A stretch of 32,000 nucleotides of DNA from Raphidiopsis brookii D9 (GTDB lineage: Bacteria; Cyanobacteriota; Cyanobacteriia; Cyanobacteriales; Nostocaceae), in assembly GCA_000175855.1 (NCBI GenBank), contig ACYB01000022.1:30001-62000 (forward strand), written 5' to 3'. Both the position numbers and the translations under genes were made by a program. Position 1 is the first letter of the stretch; each line of letters begins with the position of its first letter. Positions 9,356-22,329 of the stretch are shown piece after piece. The notes beneath the pieces are model-generated. The model made no database searches and was not told the DNA's origin. It saw only the letters and a program-made list of their open reading frames with translations.

Positions 9356-9967
9356 CTAAAGAGGATAGTTTTCCTGGAAGGTTTTACGGGTTAGTGGTTG
9401 TTCTATTTCTACTCCTTCACCACCCAATACTTCTAAGGGTTTACCGTTAATTTCTAGGTACACTTTAGCATTGGGATCTAGGGTTGTAGCAGTGTAGACA
9501 ACCTGACCCACCCGACCTACCATGGAAGCGCTACCACCTCCACCAGTAAAATTTTCTGAGAGGTTTACATGAATTTCATTGTTCTCTATTTTCAGACTCA
9601 GCAATTTTGTCCCCGGGGGAATAGTTGTTGAGTCTTTGGTTTCTTTTGGACCCTCTAATAATGTGTTCAAAGCACTTTCTAATGCTTGACCTGGTTGGTC
9701 ACTGGCAATTTTTACCGGTTGAGCAACTAACTGAAAACTTTTTGCTGTTGGTTTTAGCCAATATATATTAGCCGTTTGTTCTTGACCTGTTTGGCTTGTT
9801 AATGGCTGTTGTTTTTCTATACTTTGGTTGGGGTTACCTTGTATGGGAGCATTGGGTGTTTGAGAACTCAACCACGCAACACCACCGCTCACTGCTACTA
9901 CTGTAGCTGAAACAGCAGCTATTACTCCTGAAGAAATATTACGATTTGTTCTTGTTTGGTCGTTCAT
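9356..9967 (-). CDS. GerMN domain-containing protein (membrane-anchored or secreted)
   Basis: 203 aa with an N-terminal TM segment. The C-terminal pattern ALNTLLEGPKE..TTIPPGTKLLSLKIENNEIHVNLSENF...VGQVVYTAT is typical of GerMN domains. Confidence 0.7.
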   Translation of the reverse strand: MNDQTRTNRNISSGVIAAVSATVVAVSGGVAWLSSQTPNAPIQGNPNQSIEKQQPLTSQTGQEQTANIYWLKPTAKSFQLVAQPVKIASDQPGQALESALNTLLEGPKETKDSTTIPPGTKLLSLKIENNEIHVNLSENFTGGGGSASMVGRVGQVVYTATTLDPNAKVYLEINGKPLEVLGGEGVEIEQPLTRKTFQENYPL

Positions 9968-10107
9968 ATATAAAACCTGCTTGACATAAAACTCAAATGG
10001 TTTATCACCAGACTCATCTCTAATTTTAGGTTGATATTTTTCATCTGCAACATGTGATCTGCTAATCTTAAATTCCTGTTTTCCTAGAATTTTTCTAATT
10101 CGCGTTA

Positions 10108-11922
10108 TTACGTTATTACAGCTCTTTGACTAATCCAGCTTTCTAGTGTGTTTACTAGATCCTCAATGGCAATTTCCTTAGATTCACGGGTTGCTCTTGT
10201 GACTACTTCTACCTTACCATGGGTGATGGAACGACCAGTAACTATTCTGTAGGGAATACCAATTAGGTCTGCATCTTTGAATTTTACCCCTGCTCTCTCG
10301 TTTCGGTCATCCAATAGGGTCTCTATACCGACTTTGTTCAGCTCTGTATAAATTTTTTCGGCAATCTCTACCTGCTGACTATCTTTTATATTCGGAATGC
10401 TAATAATCGCATGATAAGGAGCGATCGCCACTGGCCAAATTATCCCATCCCCATCATAAGATTGTTCTACTGCTGACTGGGCCAGTCTGGATACACCTAC
10501 ACCATAACAACCCATGACTAAGGGCTTTTCTTCTCCTTGTTCGTTGGTATAAGTTGCACCCATGGCTAGGGAATATTTTGTTCCTAGTTGGAAAATATGA
10601 CCCGCTTCTATACCCCTGGCTGTTTCTAAGGTTTGACTGGGATCGTGCACCGAGCGATCGCCTGGTTTTGCTTTCCGAATATCTACTACTAGTTCAGGTA
10701 GTTTAAACTGCTCTTGCCAGTTGGCCCCAACCAGGTGAAATCCGGATTCATTTGCCCCTGTCACAAAGTGCTTTAATTCTACCGCTGTTTGATCAATCAG
10801 ACGGATGAATTTTGGGTATAGGTATTCACGGGTAGCAATATAATCATCACTCAAATCAGGGGCAATGTAACCCAATGGTAAGCTCTTGGTTGCCCAACTG
10901 GCGATCGCTTCCTGATTAGGCACTGTCAGACTAATTACTGTTTTGGCATGGAATTGGGGAGCTAATTTGGTCAGTTCGTTTTGTAATTTGACCTCGTTAA
11001 TTTCCTGGTCTCCCCGAATGTTCACCAACACTAAAACCGTTAACCCCTGATCATAAACAGTTTGATATAAAACATTTTTCACTACTTGGGTAGGGGAACA
11101 TTTCAAGTAATCACATACTTTTTCGATGGTCTCTGTTGCTGCTGTTGGTACTTTTTCACAAGTTTTAAAATTGGATGGTTCCGCGTCAGCAGGTAAGGAA
11201 ACTGCCTTTTCCACATTTGCTGCATATTTGCCATCCTGAGTGTAGAGGACCTCATCTTCCCCAGCATCCGCTAGAACCATAAATTCTGTTGATCCAGAAC
11301 CACCAATTGCACCGGAGTCGGCTTCTACTGCTCTAAAAGCCAGACCGCAACGCCGCAATATATTACTGTAAGCTTTGTACATATCCTGGTAGGTTTTCTT
11401 TAAACTTTCCTCATCAGTATGGAAAGAATAACCATCCTTCATGATAAACTCCCTACCTCTCATCAAACCGAAGCGGGGGCGGATTTCATCTCGAAACTTA
11501 GTTTGAATTTGATATAAATGTACTGGGAGTTGGCGATAGGAACGAATCATGTCACGGCCAATGGTAGTAATCACCTCCTCATGGGTGGGACCCAAGCCTA
11601 GATGTTGTTCCCTCCTATCAATTAAGGAGAACATAATTCCTTCCGCCTTGGTGTAAGTATCCCACCTTCCTGACTCCTTCCATAACTCAGCTGGTTGTAG
11701 TTGTGGTAGTAAACATTCTTCTGCACCTGTGGCGTTCATTTCTTCCCTGATTATCTGGGAGATTTTTTGTAAAACTCGCCACATTAATGGCAAATAGGCA
11801 TAGACCCCACTGCCAATACGACGGATATAACCTGCACGCAACAATAATTTATGACTGGGAATTTCTGCATCCGCTGGATCGTCCCTAAGCGTAACAAATA
11901 ACTTCTGTGATAAGCGCATCAT
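10108..11922 (-). CDS. proS: Proline--tRNA ligase (bacterial type with INS editing domain)
   Basis: [35 protein letters not shown]... with class II motifs. The track ORF start at 12012 is an artefact that reads through the tRNA-Ser gene. The real start is ATG at 11922 or 11919. Confidence 0.95.
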   Translation of the reverse strand: MMRLSQKLFVTLRDDPADAEIPSHKLLLRAGYIRRIGSGVYAYLPLMWRVLQKISQIIREEMNATGAEECLLPQLQPAELWKESGRWDTYTKAEGIMFSLIDRREQHLGLGPTHEEVITTIGRDMIRSYRQLPVHLYQIQTKFRDEIRPRFGLMRGREFIMKDGYSFHTDEESLKKTYQDMYKAYSNILRRCGLAFRAVEADSGAIGGSGSTEFMVLADAGEDEVLYTQDGKYAANVEKAVSLPADAEPSNFKTCEKVPTAATETIEKVCDYLKCSPTQVVKNVLYQTVYDQGLTVLVLVNIRGDQEINEVKLQNELTKLAPQFHAKTVISLTVPNQEAIASWATKSLPLGYIAPDLSDDYIATREYLYPKFIRLIDQTAVELKHFVTGANESGFHLVGANWQEQFKLPELVVDIRKAKPGDRSVHDPSQTLETARGIEAGHIFQLGTKYSLAMGATYTNEQGEEKPLVMGCYGVGVSRLAQSAVEQSYDGDGIIWPVAIAPYHAIISIPNIKDSQQVEIAEKIYTELNKVGIETLLDDRNERAGVKFKDADLIGIPYRIVTGRSITHGKVEVVTRATRESKEIAIEDLVNTLESWISQRAVIT

Positions 11923-11950
11923 TTTTCCTTTTTTGTGGAGCCTTTTAAAA

Positions 11951-12034
11951 CGGAGAGGGGGGATTCGAACCCCCGTTGAGTTGCCCCAAAACACATTTCG
12001 AGTGTGCCGCATTCAACCACTCTGCCACCTCTCC
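11951..12034 (-). tRNA. tRNA-Ser (anticodon CGA), class II with a long variable arm
   Basis: Hand fold: acceptor GGAGAGG, D-arm GCA/TGC, anticodon stem GCACA/TGTGT with loop CTCGAAA, variable arm TTGGG-GCAA-CTCAA, and T-arm GGGGG-TTCGAAT-CCCCC. The C-run shared by the T-stem and acceptor has 6 C where a canonical fold needs 7. No CCA is encoded. Confidence 0.85.
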
Positions 12035-12106
12035 CCATGTTAACCTAATAAAACTTACTAAATTAACTTGAATTAACTTAACTATTGAATATCAACTTGA
12101 GCTGTA

Positions 12107-12136
12107 ATTATAAACCATACCTGTTATTTTTGTCAA
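12107..12136 (-). promoter_or_regulatory. Consensus sigma70-type promoter upstream of tRNA-Ser and proS
   Basis: The minus strand reads TTGACA (12136..12131), an 18-nt spacer, then TATAAT (12112..12107). It lies about 70 nt upstream of the tRNA 5' end, immediately after the comEC stop. Confidence 0.4.
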
Positions 12137-12138
12137 GG

Positions 12139-14478
12139 CTATAAATTAGAAGATTCGTTTTCTGACACTTGGATAAAGGCCTGAAAATTTTGCTGGGGAT
12201 CCCACTGAATGGCTCCATCTCTACCTGTAAAAAAAAGTTTCGTTTTCCCTTGTAGTATTTGATCTGAACTATTTTTATTAATCTTATTGGTAGGTGCGAT
12301 CGCCACTTGTGGTTTTAAAGCAGTTGTTAAATCTTCCAAAGACTCTGATGGGGACCATACCACTTGAGGAGATAACAGCTTGCCATCTTGTGCCAATTGA
12401 GCGATTTGTTGAGACTTAACACTGCCAATTAGTAACCAATTTTGTCCAAAAACTTGTAATTGGAGAATAGGTAGTTTATCATCATTAAAATTTGCCATCA
12501 CTGAACCCGTATTAACCGATTGACCCGATGATAAAGGTTGATAGTTAGTTTGTTCTTGTCGTAATAATTCTCTAAGTGTTTGAGTAGTTACCGGATTAAT
12601 GTGGGGGGAGGTATAATCCAAGAAGTTTTTAATGTGTAAATTATTGATAACCTCAGACCAGGAATTATTTGCATCTCCAGAAAAATTAGTAGATATTGCC
12701 CAATCAATATGATTAATTCCCTGCTGGCGAAGAAAAGGTAAAATAGTAAAACGTCCCGTGCCAGGATCACCACTATTAATGAGAGTAACTTGTCCCCGAT
12801 CTTGAATTACCAAAACAGGCTCACTATTGGTTGCCAAGAGGGTTATTTTTAATAAATTGCTGGTGTAGTACCAAATAGGAATAACTGCCAAAATGGTAGC
12901 AATCAAACCAGCCAACAACCATCTTTTTTGCCACCAAGGTACTAAACAAGTAGCAACAATTAAGCCATAGATAATCAACATTTGCCAAATTGATATACTA
13001 CCAATATTTAGGGAATTTCCCGGCAAATGATCAAAAAATTCTGCCATTTTAATTAATATATGAGCAGGATAATATAAGAAACTTGCCACATAGCCACCTA
13101 AATCTGACAGGAGTAAACTTACCAACCCACTAATCATTCCCCCAATACTAATAATAGAAATTAGAGGGGTGGCAATAATATTGAGGGGTACACTGTAAAT
13201 AGCCACAGTGCTAAAAATATGTAGCAGTAAGGGGAGAGTCCAAATTGTAGCTGCAAGAGGAACGGAAATCAAAGTAGCGAATAGGGGAGGTAACCAATCC
13301 AAGCGTTGAGTAATAGGGGTTGCAGTAACCATCAAACCCAAAGTAGCTAAAAAGCTCAATTGAAAACCTAAATCCCAAATCCACACAGGGTTAAATAATA
13401 GTAAAAGTGTAGCTGCTAAGAGCAAAGATCCGAATTGTTGAACCTTTCTGTCTAAAGCCAAACCAATTAAAGCGGCAAATCCCATAATTACTGCTCGCAG
13501 GATAGATGGTTGTAACCCAGCCAAACCCAGAAAAATTATCAACCCCAAAGCTCCGCAAAAAACTTGCACTTTTTTATTGGCGGACTTAGTTAACTGTAAA
13601 ACCACTGCCAGAATGAGAGAGGTTTGAAAACCAGAAGCAGCTAGAGCATGAGCCAAACCCACATTAACAAATAAATCTCGAATATTATAGGGTAAATCAA
13701 CCGCCTTATTACCCAGAACCATAGCACTGACTAAAGGACCTTCAGGTACACCTAAAAAACGAACTTGAGAGCGGACAATTTGTTGGCGAATTTGCCACCA
13801 TCCCCAAGGGATATCCTCATCAATCAGATTAACCTGTTTACCAATCAAACCAGCAAAACTACCCTCTTGACGGAGGTATTTTTGAAAATCAAAACCCCCG
13901 GGGTTATCAGCTGGTTTAGGTTTATATAACATTCCAGTAACAGTGATTTGTTGACCAGGATATAAACCCGTAGCTTGTAGTATAGGTACTGTTACATATA
14001 ATTTACCAGTTACCACCCTAGGTAACCCAGCGGGACCGCGATCGTTTTTCACCTCATCCAGTTGTTTGGACTGGAACCAAAATTGTCCTCGCTGACTACG
14101 AGTTAAGCGGGGGGTATGTACAACTTCACCTCGAACAACCACTAACTGGGCCTGATTAGTATTATTTTCACTGGAGATAAATGAACTAACGTCTTGAGGT
14201 CCCGGTTGAGGAGTGCGAAATTGACAATAAAAACTGGCTATTAAACCAACTAAACCAGCTATTAACCATACTCGCGGGTGAGGTAGAGTTAAGGGAGCGT
14301 TTACCCCTTTTTGTACTTGAGTAATAGATTTGATGTGATAGGGAAAAAACCTTCTCAAAGCCAGGAAAACTCTCCGAAAAGAAATTGCGGCCAGCACACC
14401 GAATCCTAAGATAAAAAATCCCCCCCAGGGAAAAATACTGAGTAGTAAACCCAAAATATAAGCAAGACAAATAATCAA
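12139..14478 (-). CDS. comEC: ComEC/Rec2 family DNA internalisation (competence) protein
   Basis: 779 aa with N-terminal TM helices, an OB-like region (VVRGEVV...QFWFQ...LYVTVP), a polytopic competence domain, and a C-terminal beta-lactamase-like domain ([17 protein letters not shown]...). The track start is TTG and overlaps the glyQ TGA, so the start is uncertain. Confidence 0.85.
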   Translation of the reverse strand: MIICLAYILGLLLSIFPWGGFFILGFGVLAAISFRRVFLALRRFFPYHIKSITQVQKGVNAPLTLPHPRVWLIAGLVGLIASFYCQFRTPQPGPQDVSSFISSENNTNQAQLVVVRGEVVHTPRLTRSQRGQFWFQSKQLDEVKNDRGPAGLPRVVTGKLYVTVPILQATGLYPGQQITVTGMLYKPKPADNPGGFDFQKYLRQEGSFAGLIGKQVNLIDEDIPWGWWQIRQQIVRSQVRFLGVPEGPLVSAMVLGNKAVDLPYNIRDLFVNVGLAHALAASGFQTSLILAVVLQLTKSANKKVQVFCGALGLIIFLGLAGLQPSILRAVIMGFAALIGLALDRKVQQFGSLLLAATLLLLFNPVWIWDLGFQLSFLATLGLMVTATPITQRLDWLPPLFATLISVPLAATIWTLPLLLHIFSTVAIYSVPLNIIATPLISIISIGGMISGLVSLLLSDLGGYVASFLYYPAHILIKMAEFFDHLPGNSLNIGSISIWQMLIIYGLIVATCLVPWWQKRWLLAGLIATILAVIPIWYYTSNLLKITLLATNSEPVLVIQDRGQVTLINSGDPGTGRFTILPFLRQQGINHIDWAISTNFSGDANNSWSEVINNLHIKNFLDYTSPHINPVTTQTLRELLRQEQTNYQPLSSGQSVNTGSVMANFNDDKLPILQLQVFGQNWLLIGSVKSQQIAQLAQDGKLLSPQVVWSPSESLEDLTTALKPQVAIAPTNKINKNSSDQILQGKTKLFFTGRDGAIQWDPQQNFQAFIQVSENESSNL

Positions 14479-15362
14479 CCTTCCCTACCTCCATTATTTT
14501 TGAGGAGGGGAAACCCCAGTTTTTGGCGTTGCTCCACATATAAATGGGCTACTTTCCTGGCTAGGTGGCGAATTCGGGCAATATATCGGGTTCGTTCTGT
14601 TACAGAAATCACGCCCCTAGCATCAAGTAAATTAAAAGTGTGGGAGCATTTAATAACATAATCCAAGGTAGGTAAAACTAAACTCTTTTCGGCAAGCTGA
14701 GATGCCTCTTGCTCATATACATGAAATAGATTGAGCAACATTTCGGGATTGGAGGCCTCAAAGTTATAGACACACTGTTCAATCTCACCTTGAAGATGAA
14801 CATCACCATAAGTAATGTGGTCTGTCCAATAAATTTTGGTAATGGCTTCTACTTGTTGGAGGTACATTGCCAACCTTTCCAGTCCATAAGTAATCTCAAT
14901 AGAAACCGGACGACAATCAATTCCCCCACATTGTTGGAAATAGGTAAACTGGGTAATTTCCATACCATCTAACCAAACTTCCCAACCGGTGCCCCAAGCA
15001 CCAACTGTTGCATCTTCCCAATTGTCCTCCACAAACCGAATATCATGATCTTCTGGAAGAATACCCAAAACCCTTAAAGAATCAAGATAAATCTCTTGAA
15101 TATTATCCGGTGAAGGTTTAATTAAAACTTGATACTGATAATAGTGTTGAAACCGATTAGGATTTTCACCATAGCGTCCATCGGTAGGACGACGACAGGG
15201 TTCAACATAAGCTACTGACCAGGGTTCAGGTCCTAAAGCCCTTAAAAAGGTATGAGGGTTTTTAGTTCCCGCACCTTTTTCCAGGTCATAGGGTTGGGCA
15301 ATTAAACAACCACGCTGTCCCCAAAATTGATGTAGAGCTGCTATTACCGACTGAAAATTCAC
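14475..15362 (-). CDS. glyQ: Glycine--tRNA ligase alpha subunit
   Basis: (M)[32 protein letters not shown]... is canonical GlyQ at 295 aa. I place the start at GTG 15362..15360, preceded by GGAGG five nt upstream. The track ORF start at 15668 is a spurious extension. Confidence 0.93.
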   Translation of the reverse strand: MNFQSVIAALHQFWGQRGCLIAQPYDLEKGAGTKNPHTFLRALGPEPWSVAYVEPCRRPTDGRYGENPNRFQHYYQYQVLIKPSPDNIQEIYLDSLRVLGILPEDHDIRFVEDNWEDATVGAWGTGWEVWLDGMEITQFTYFQQCGGIDCRPVSIEITYGLERLAMYLQQVEAITKIYWTDHITYGDVHLQGEIEQCVYNFEASNPEMLLNLFHVYEQEASQLAEKSLVLPTLDYVIKCSHTFNLLDARGVISVTERTRYIARIRHLARKVAHLYVEQRQKLGFPLLKNNGGREG

Positions 15363-15552
15363 TGTAACCTCCACGCCTAAATTTTTTAGCTTGACCAAAG
15401 GAGTCTTAGCACCTGTAAACCCATAAGTGTAACTATCTTGTGATTTGGGTGGTGACTGCCAAACTATTATTGCCCAAAGACAGTATTCTAGGGAAGTTTC
15501 AGCCCCTAAGATTTTGGCAAAAAACTTTTTTGAAAAAAAGTGGAAAAAGTAG

Positions 15553-15581
15553 TTGACATTCTCAAAGAGGTTCGCTATATT
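15553..15581 (+). promoter_or_regulatory. rRNA operon promoter (TTGACA, 17 nt, TATATT) with an A/T-rich upstream tract
   Basis: TTGACA is at 15553..15558 and TATATT at 15576..15581. The sequence aaaaaacttttttgaaaaaaagtggaaaaagtag lies immediately upstream. The promoter is about 160 nt upstream of the mature 16S 5' end. Confidence 0.6.
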
Positions 15582-15631
15582 AAGTAAGTGGCTGAGAGAG
15601 ACGCAAGAAACAGCGACTCCCAAGCACACCC

Positions 15632-15644
15632 GAACCTTGAAAAC
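15632..15644 (+). promoter_or_regulatory. boxA-like antitermination motif in the rrn leader
   Basis: GAACCTTGAAAAC is repeated identically in the ITS at 17559..17571. It matches the cyanobacterial boxA as I remember it from ITS literature. Confidence 0.5.
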
Positions 15645-15742
15645 AATATAGTTTGAAAGACAGTACAAAGCAATCTACTCGTCAAGAAAATAATAACAGA
15701 CTGAGGTAATCAGTCAAAGAAAGAGCTAAAAACAAACTTAAC

Positions 15743-17230
<1,488 letters not shown>

Positions 17231-17349
17231 TAGGGAGACCTACCCATTGAAGAATCGAAAGCGGAAAGCGAATAGAGAATCAAATGGTCTACTCTAGGTC
17301 GGTGACGTGAGATTGTGAAGTCTTTCAAACTAATATTTGGTTCGCGAGA

Positions 17350-17423
<74 letters not shown>

Positions 17424-17429
17424 CCTGAT

Positions 17430-17502
17430 GGGGGTTTAGCTCAGTTGGTAGAGCGCCTGCTTTGCAAGCAGGATGTCAGCGGTTCGAGTCCGCTAACCTC
17501 CA
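17430..17502 (+). tRNA. tRNA-Ala (anticodon UGC) in the ITS
   Basis: GGGGGTTTAGCTCAGTTGGTAGAGCGCCTGCTTTGCAAGCAGGATGTCAGCGGTTCGAGTCCGCTAACCTCCA. The G3:U70 identity pair is present. Confidence 0.95.
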
Positions 17503-17558
17503 CATTGGGTATCTTCAGCAACTAGGAAAGACCTAGACTGCTGGTGATAAACCAGCCA

Positions 17559-17571
17559 GAACCTTGAAAAC
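17559..17571 (+). promoter_or_regulatory. boxA-like motif in the ITS, preceded by a boxB-like hairpin (about 17515..17543)
   Basis: GAACCTTGAAAAC is identical to the leader copy. Upstream, CAGCAACTAGG-aaaga-CCTAGACTGCTG forms an imperfect hairpin. Confidence 0.5.
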
Positions 17572-17602
17572 TGCATATAGAAAGATAAGAGTAAGAGTAA
17601 GT

Positions 17603-20422
<2,820 letters not shown>

Positions 20423-20499
20423 AGAAATTGAATTTACTCTTATCGAAATATATGCAGTCTTCAGGGTTTTGAAGTGGAAACTTTGAAACCGAGAGGTTT

Positions 20500-20617
20500 T
20501 CCTGGTGTCTATGGTGCGGTGGAACCACACTGATACCTTCCCGAACTCAGAGGTGAAACGCTGTTGCGGCGACGATAGTATGGGGGTTGCCCTATGTCAA
20601 AATAGCTCGATGCCAGG
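20500..20617 (+). rRNA. rrf: 5S ribosomal RNA
   Basis: TCCTGGTGTCTATGGTGCGGTGGAACCACACTGATACCTTCCCGAACTCAGAGGTGAAACG...GCTCGATGCCAGG. The terminal helix CCTGG/CCAGG is present. Confidence 0.9.
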
Positions 20618-20778
20618 TTTATTATTACACAATCGCTCACTCCATTTATTATGGGGTGGGCGGTTTGGTTTTGCATCCCCACGAAATAGGGTGGATTGGC
20701 GCTAAAATTGCTATATAATTTACACAGCAGGAGGATGAAAAACTAGGATCCGGAATTTTCTAAGGATAAGCAACAACA

Positions 20779-22329
20779 ATGACGCAAGCACAACCATCTA
20801 TTGCCGAATACTACCACGAACAGACAAAATATGATCCGGCGACCCTACGACAAAAAAGCCAATATTTAGATTGGAATAAACAACCAGTCCCCTTCAAAGA
20901 GTACAAAATAGGATCCGACTTTGAATTAAAGTACTATCTGAACAAGAAACTGGAGGATTTTAGCAACAATTCTTCACAGCAATGGTGGTGGAGACTATCA
21001 GAGTTATTGTTTTGTAGTTATGGGTTAACAGCGAAAATCCCTTCTATGGGTAGTACAGTATACCTACGTTCCGCACCAAGTGCGGGAGGATTGTATCCTG
21101 CAGAATTATATGTAGTTTCCCGTGGGTTACCCTTACTACCCGCAGGACTTTATAACTATCAATGTCGGACACATTCCCTAAAACAATTTTGGGACAGCGA
21201 TGTTTGGGAGAAGTTGCAAGCTGCTTGTTTTTGCCATTCTGGTTTAGAAAATAGCCAACTTGCAATAATCACAACAGCTGTTTTTTATCGTTCCGCATGG
21301 CGTTACCAAGATAGGGCTTATCGGCGTATTTTTTTGGATACAGGACATCTTTTAGGTAACATTGAATTGGCGGCGGCAATGACGAATTATAGACCCTATT
21401 TAATAGGGGGTTTTATGGATGAAGGAGTTAATAATTTATTGTATGTTGATTCTCGCCAAGAAGCAGCAACAGTAGTCATAGGACTATTAGATTTATTAAA
21501 GGAACCAAAACAATTTCCTTCAGAAAAAACTGCCCTTCCATCTTTGACTACCAGGAATTATCCTCCTATTCCCGACGGAGAAATATTAAATTATTTGCAT
21601 TTACATACTCAGATTAAGTCAGATTTTCAAGCTGAGAACCCAGAAGGTAAAACTACCATCAGCAATTATCAAAACAAGGATAACAATTTAGATGATAAAT
21701 ATAATTTTTCCTTTTGTGATAAATTTTCCACACACAGTCCATCAATTAATTGGGGCAAAAATTTGGGAGATCTAGCTGAAACAATGTATAAAAGACGTTC
21801 TACCCGATCTTATAGTGGCGAAAAGCTAGAATTCGATGAACTAAAACTTTTATTAGATTTTACCTATCAACCACAAAATTATCTGTACCAAAATTTCGAT
21901 AATTATCCCGATTATTTCGATTTAAATTTAATTGAAACATTTATCGCTGTTTCCGGAGTCCATGGATTAGAACCTGGTTGCTATTATTATGCACCAAAGG
22001 CTCAAGAATTAAGGCAAATTCGCTTCAAAAATTTTCGTAGTGAGCTACACTTTCTCTGTTTGGGACAGGAATTGGGTAGAGATGCAGCAGCTGTCATATT
22101 TCACACTGCTGATTTAAAAAAGGCAGTGGATAAGTATGGAGACCGGGCTTACCGTTATTTACATCTTGATGCAGGTCACCTAGGACAAAGACTAAATTTG
22201 GCAGCAATTCGTCTTAATTTAGGTGTTAGTGGTATTGGTGGTTTTTTTGATAATCAAGTTAATGATATTTTAGGTATTCCTATTGATGAAGCAGTCGTCT
22301 ATATTACTACGTTAGGAAGACTAAGATAA
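20779..22329 (+). CDS. SagB/ThcOx-type dehydrogenase with two tandem nitroreductase-fold halves
   Basis: 516 aa. The N-terminus has YHEQTKY and the first half has RSAPSAGGLYPAELYV...GLYNY. The second half starts with the FMN-site-like KRRSTRSY and has GLEPGCYYY...LDAGHLGQ. Confidence 0.8.
   Translation: MTQAQPSIAEYYHEQTKYDPATLRQKSQYLDWNKQPVPFKEYKIGSDFELKYYLNKKLEDFSNNSSQQWWWRLSELLFCSYGLTAKIPSMGSTVYLRSAPSAGGLYPAELYVVSRGLPLLPAGLYNYQCRTHSLKQFWDSDVWEKLQAACFCHSGLENSQLAIITTAVFYRSAWRYQDRAYRRIFLDTGHLLGNIELAAAMTNYRPYLIGGFMDEGVNNLLYVDSRQEAATVVIGLLDLLKEPKQFPSEKTALPSLTTRNYPPIPDGEILNYLHLHTQIKSDFQAENPEGKTTISNYQNKDNNLDDKYNFSFCDKFSTHSPSINWGKNLGDLAETMYKRRSTRSYSGEKLEFDELKLLLDFTYQPQNYLYQNFDNYPDYFDLNLIETFIAVSGVHGLEPGCYYYAPKAQELRQIRFKNFRSELHFLCLGQELGRDAAAVIFHTADLKKAVDKYGDRAYRYLHLDAGHLGQRLNLAAIRLNLGVSGIGGFFDNQVNDILGIPIDEAVVYITTLGRLR

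Noticed and set aside
11923-12012. N-terminal extension of proS ([30 protein letters not shown]).
   Set aside because: It is the translation of the tRNA-Ser gene. ProRS homology starts at MMRLSQKLF.
15363-15668. 102-codon N-terminal extension of the glyQ ORF in the track.
   Set aside because: GlyQ homology begins exactly at NFQSVIAAL, where a GTG start has GGAGG upstream. The extension runs through the divergent rrn promoter region.
20618-20700. Possible rrn terminator after the 5S gene (TGGGG ... CCCCA around 20652..20682).
   Set aside because: Only 4-5 GC pairs form around a loop of about 20 nt, with no U-tract. This is not convincing by eye.
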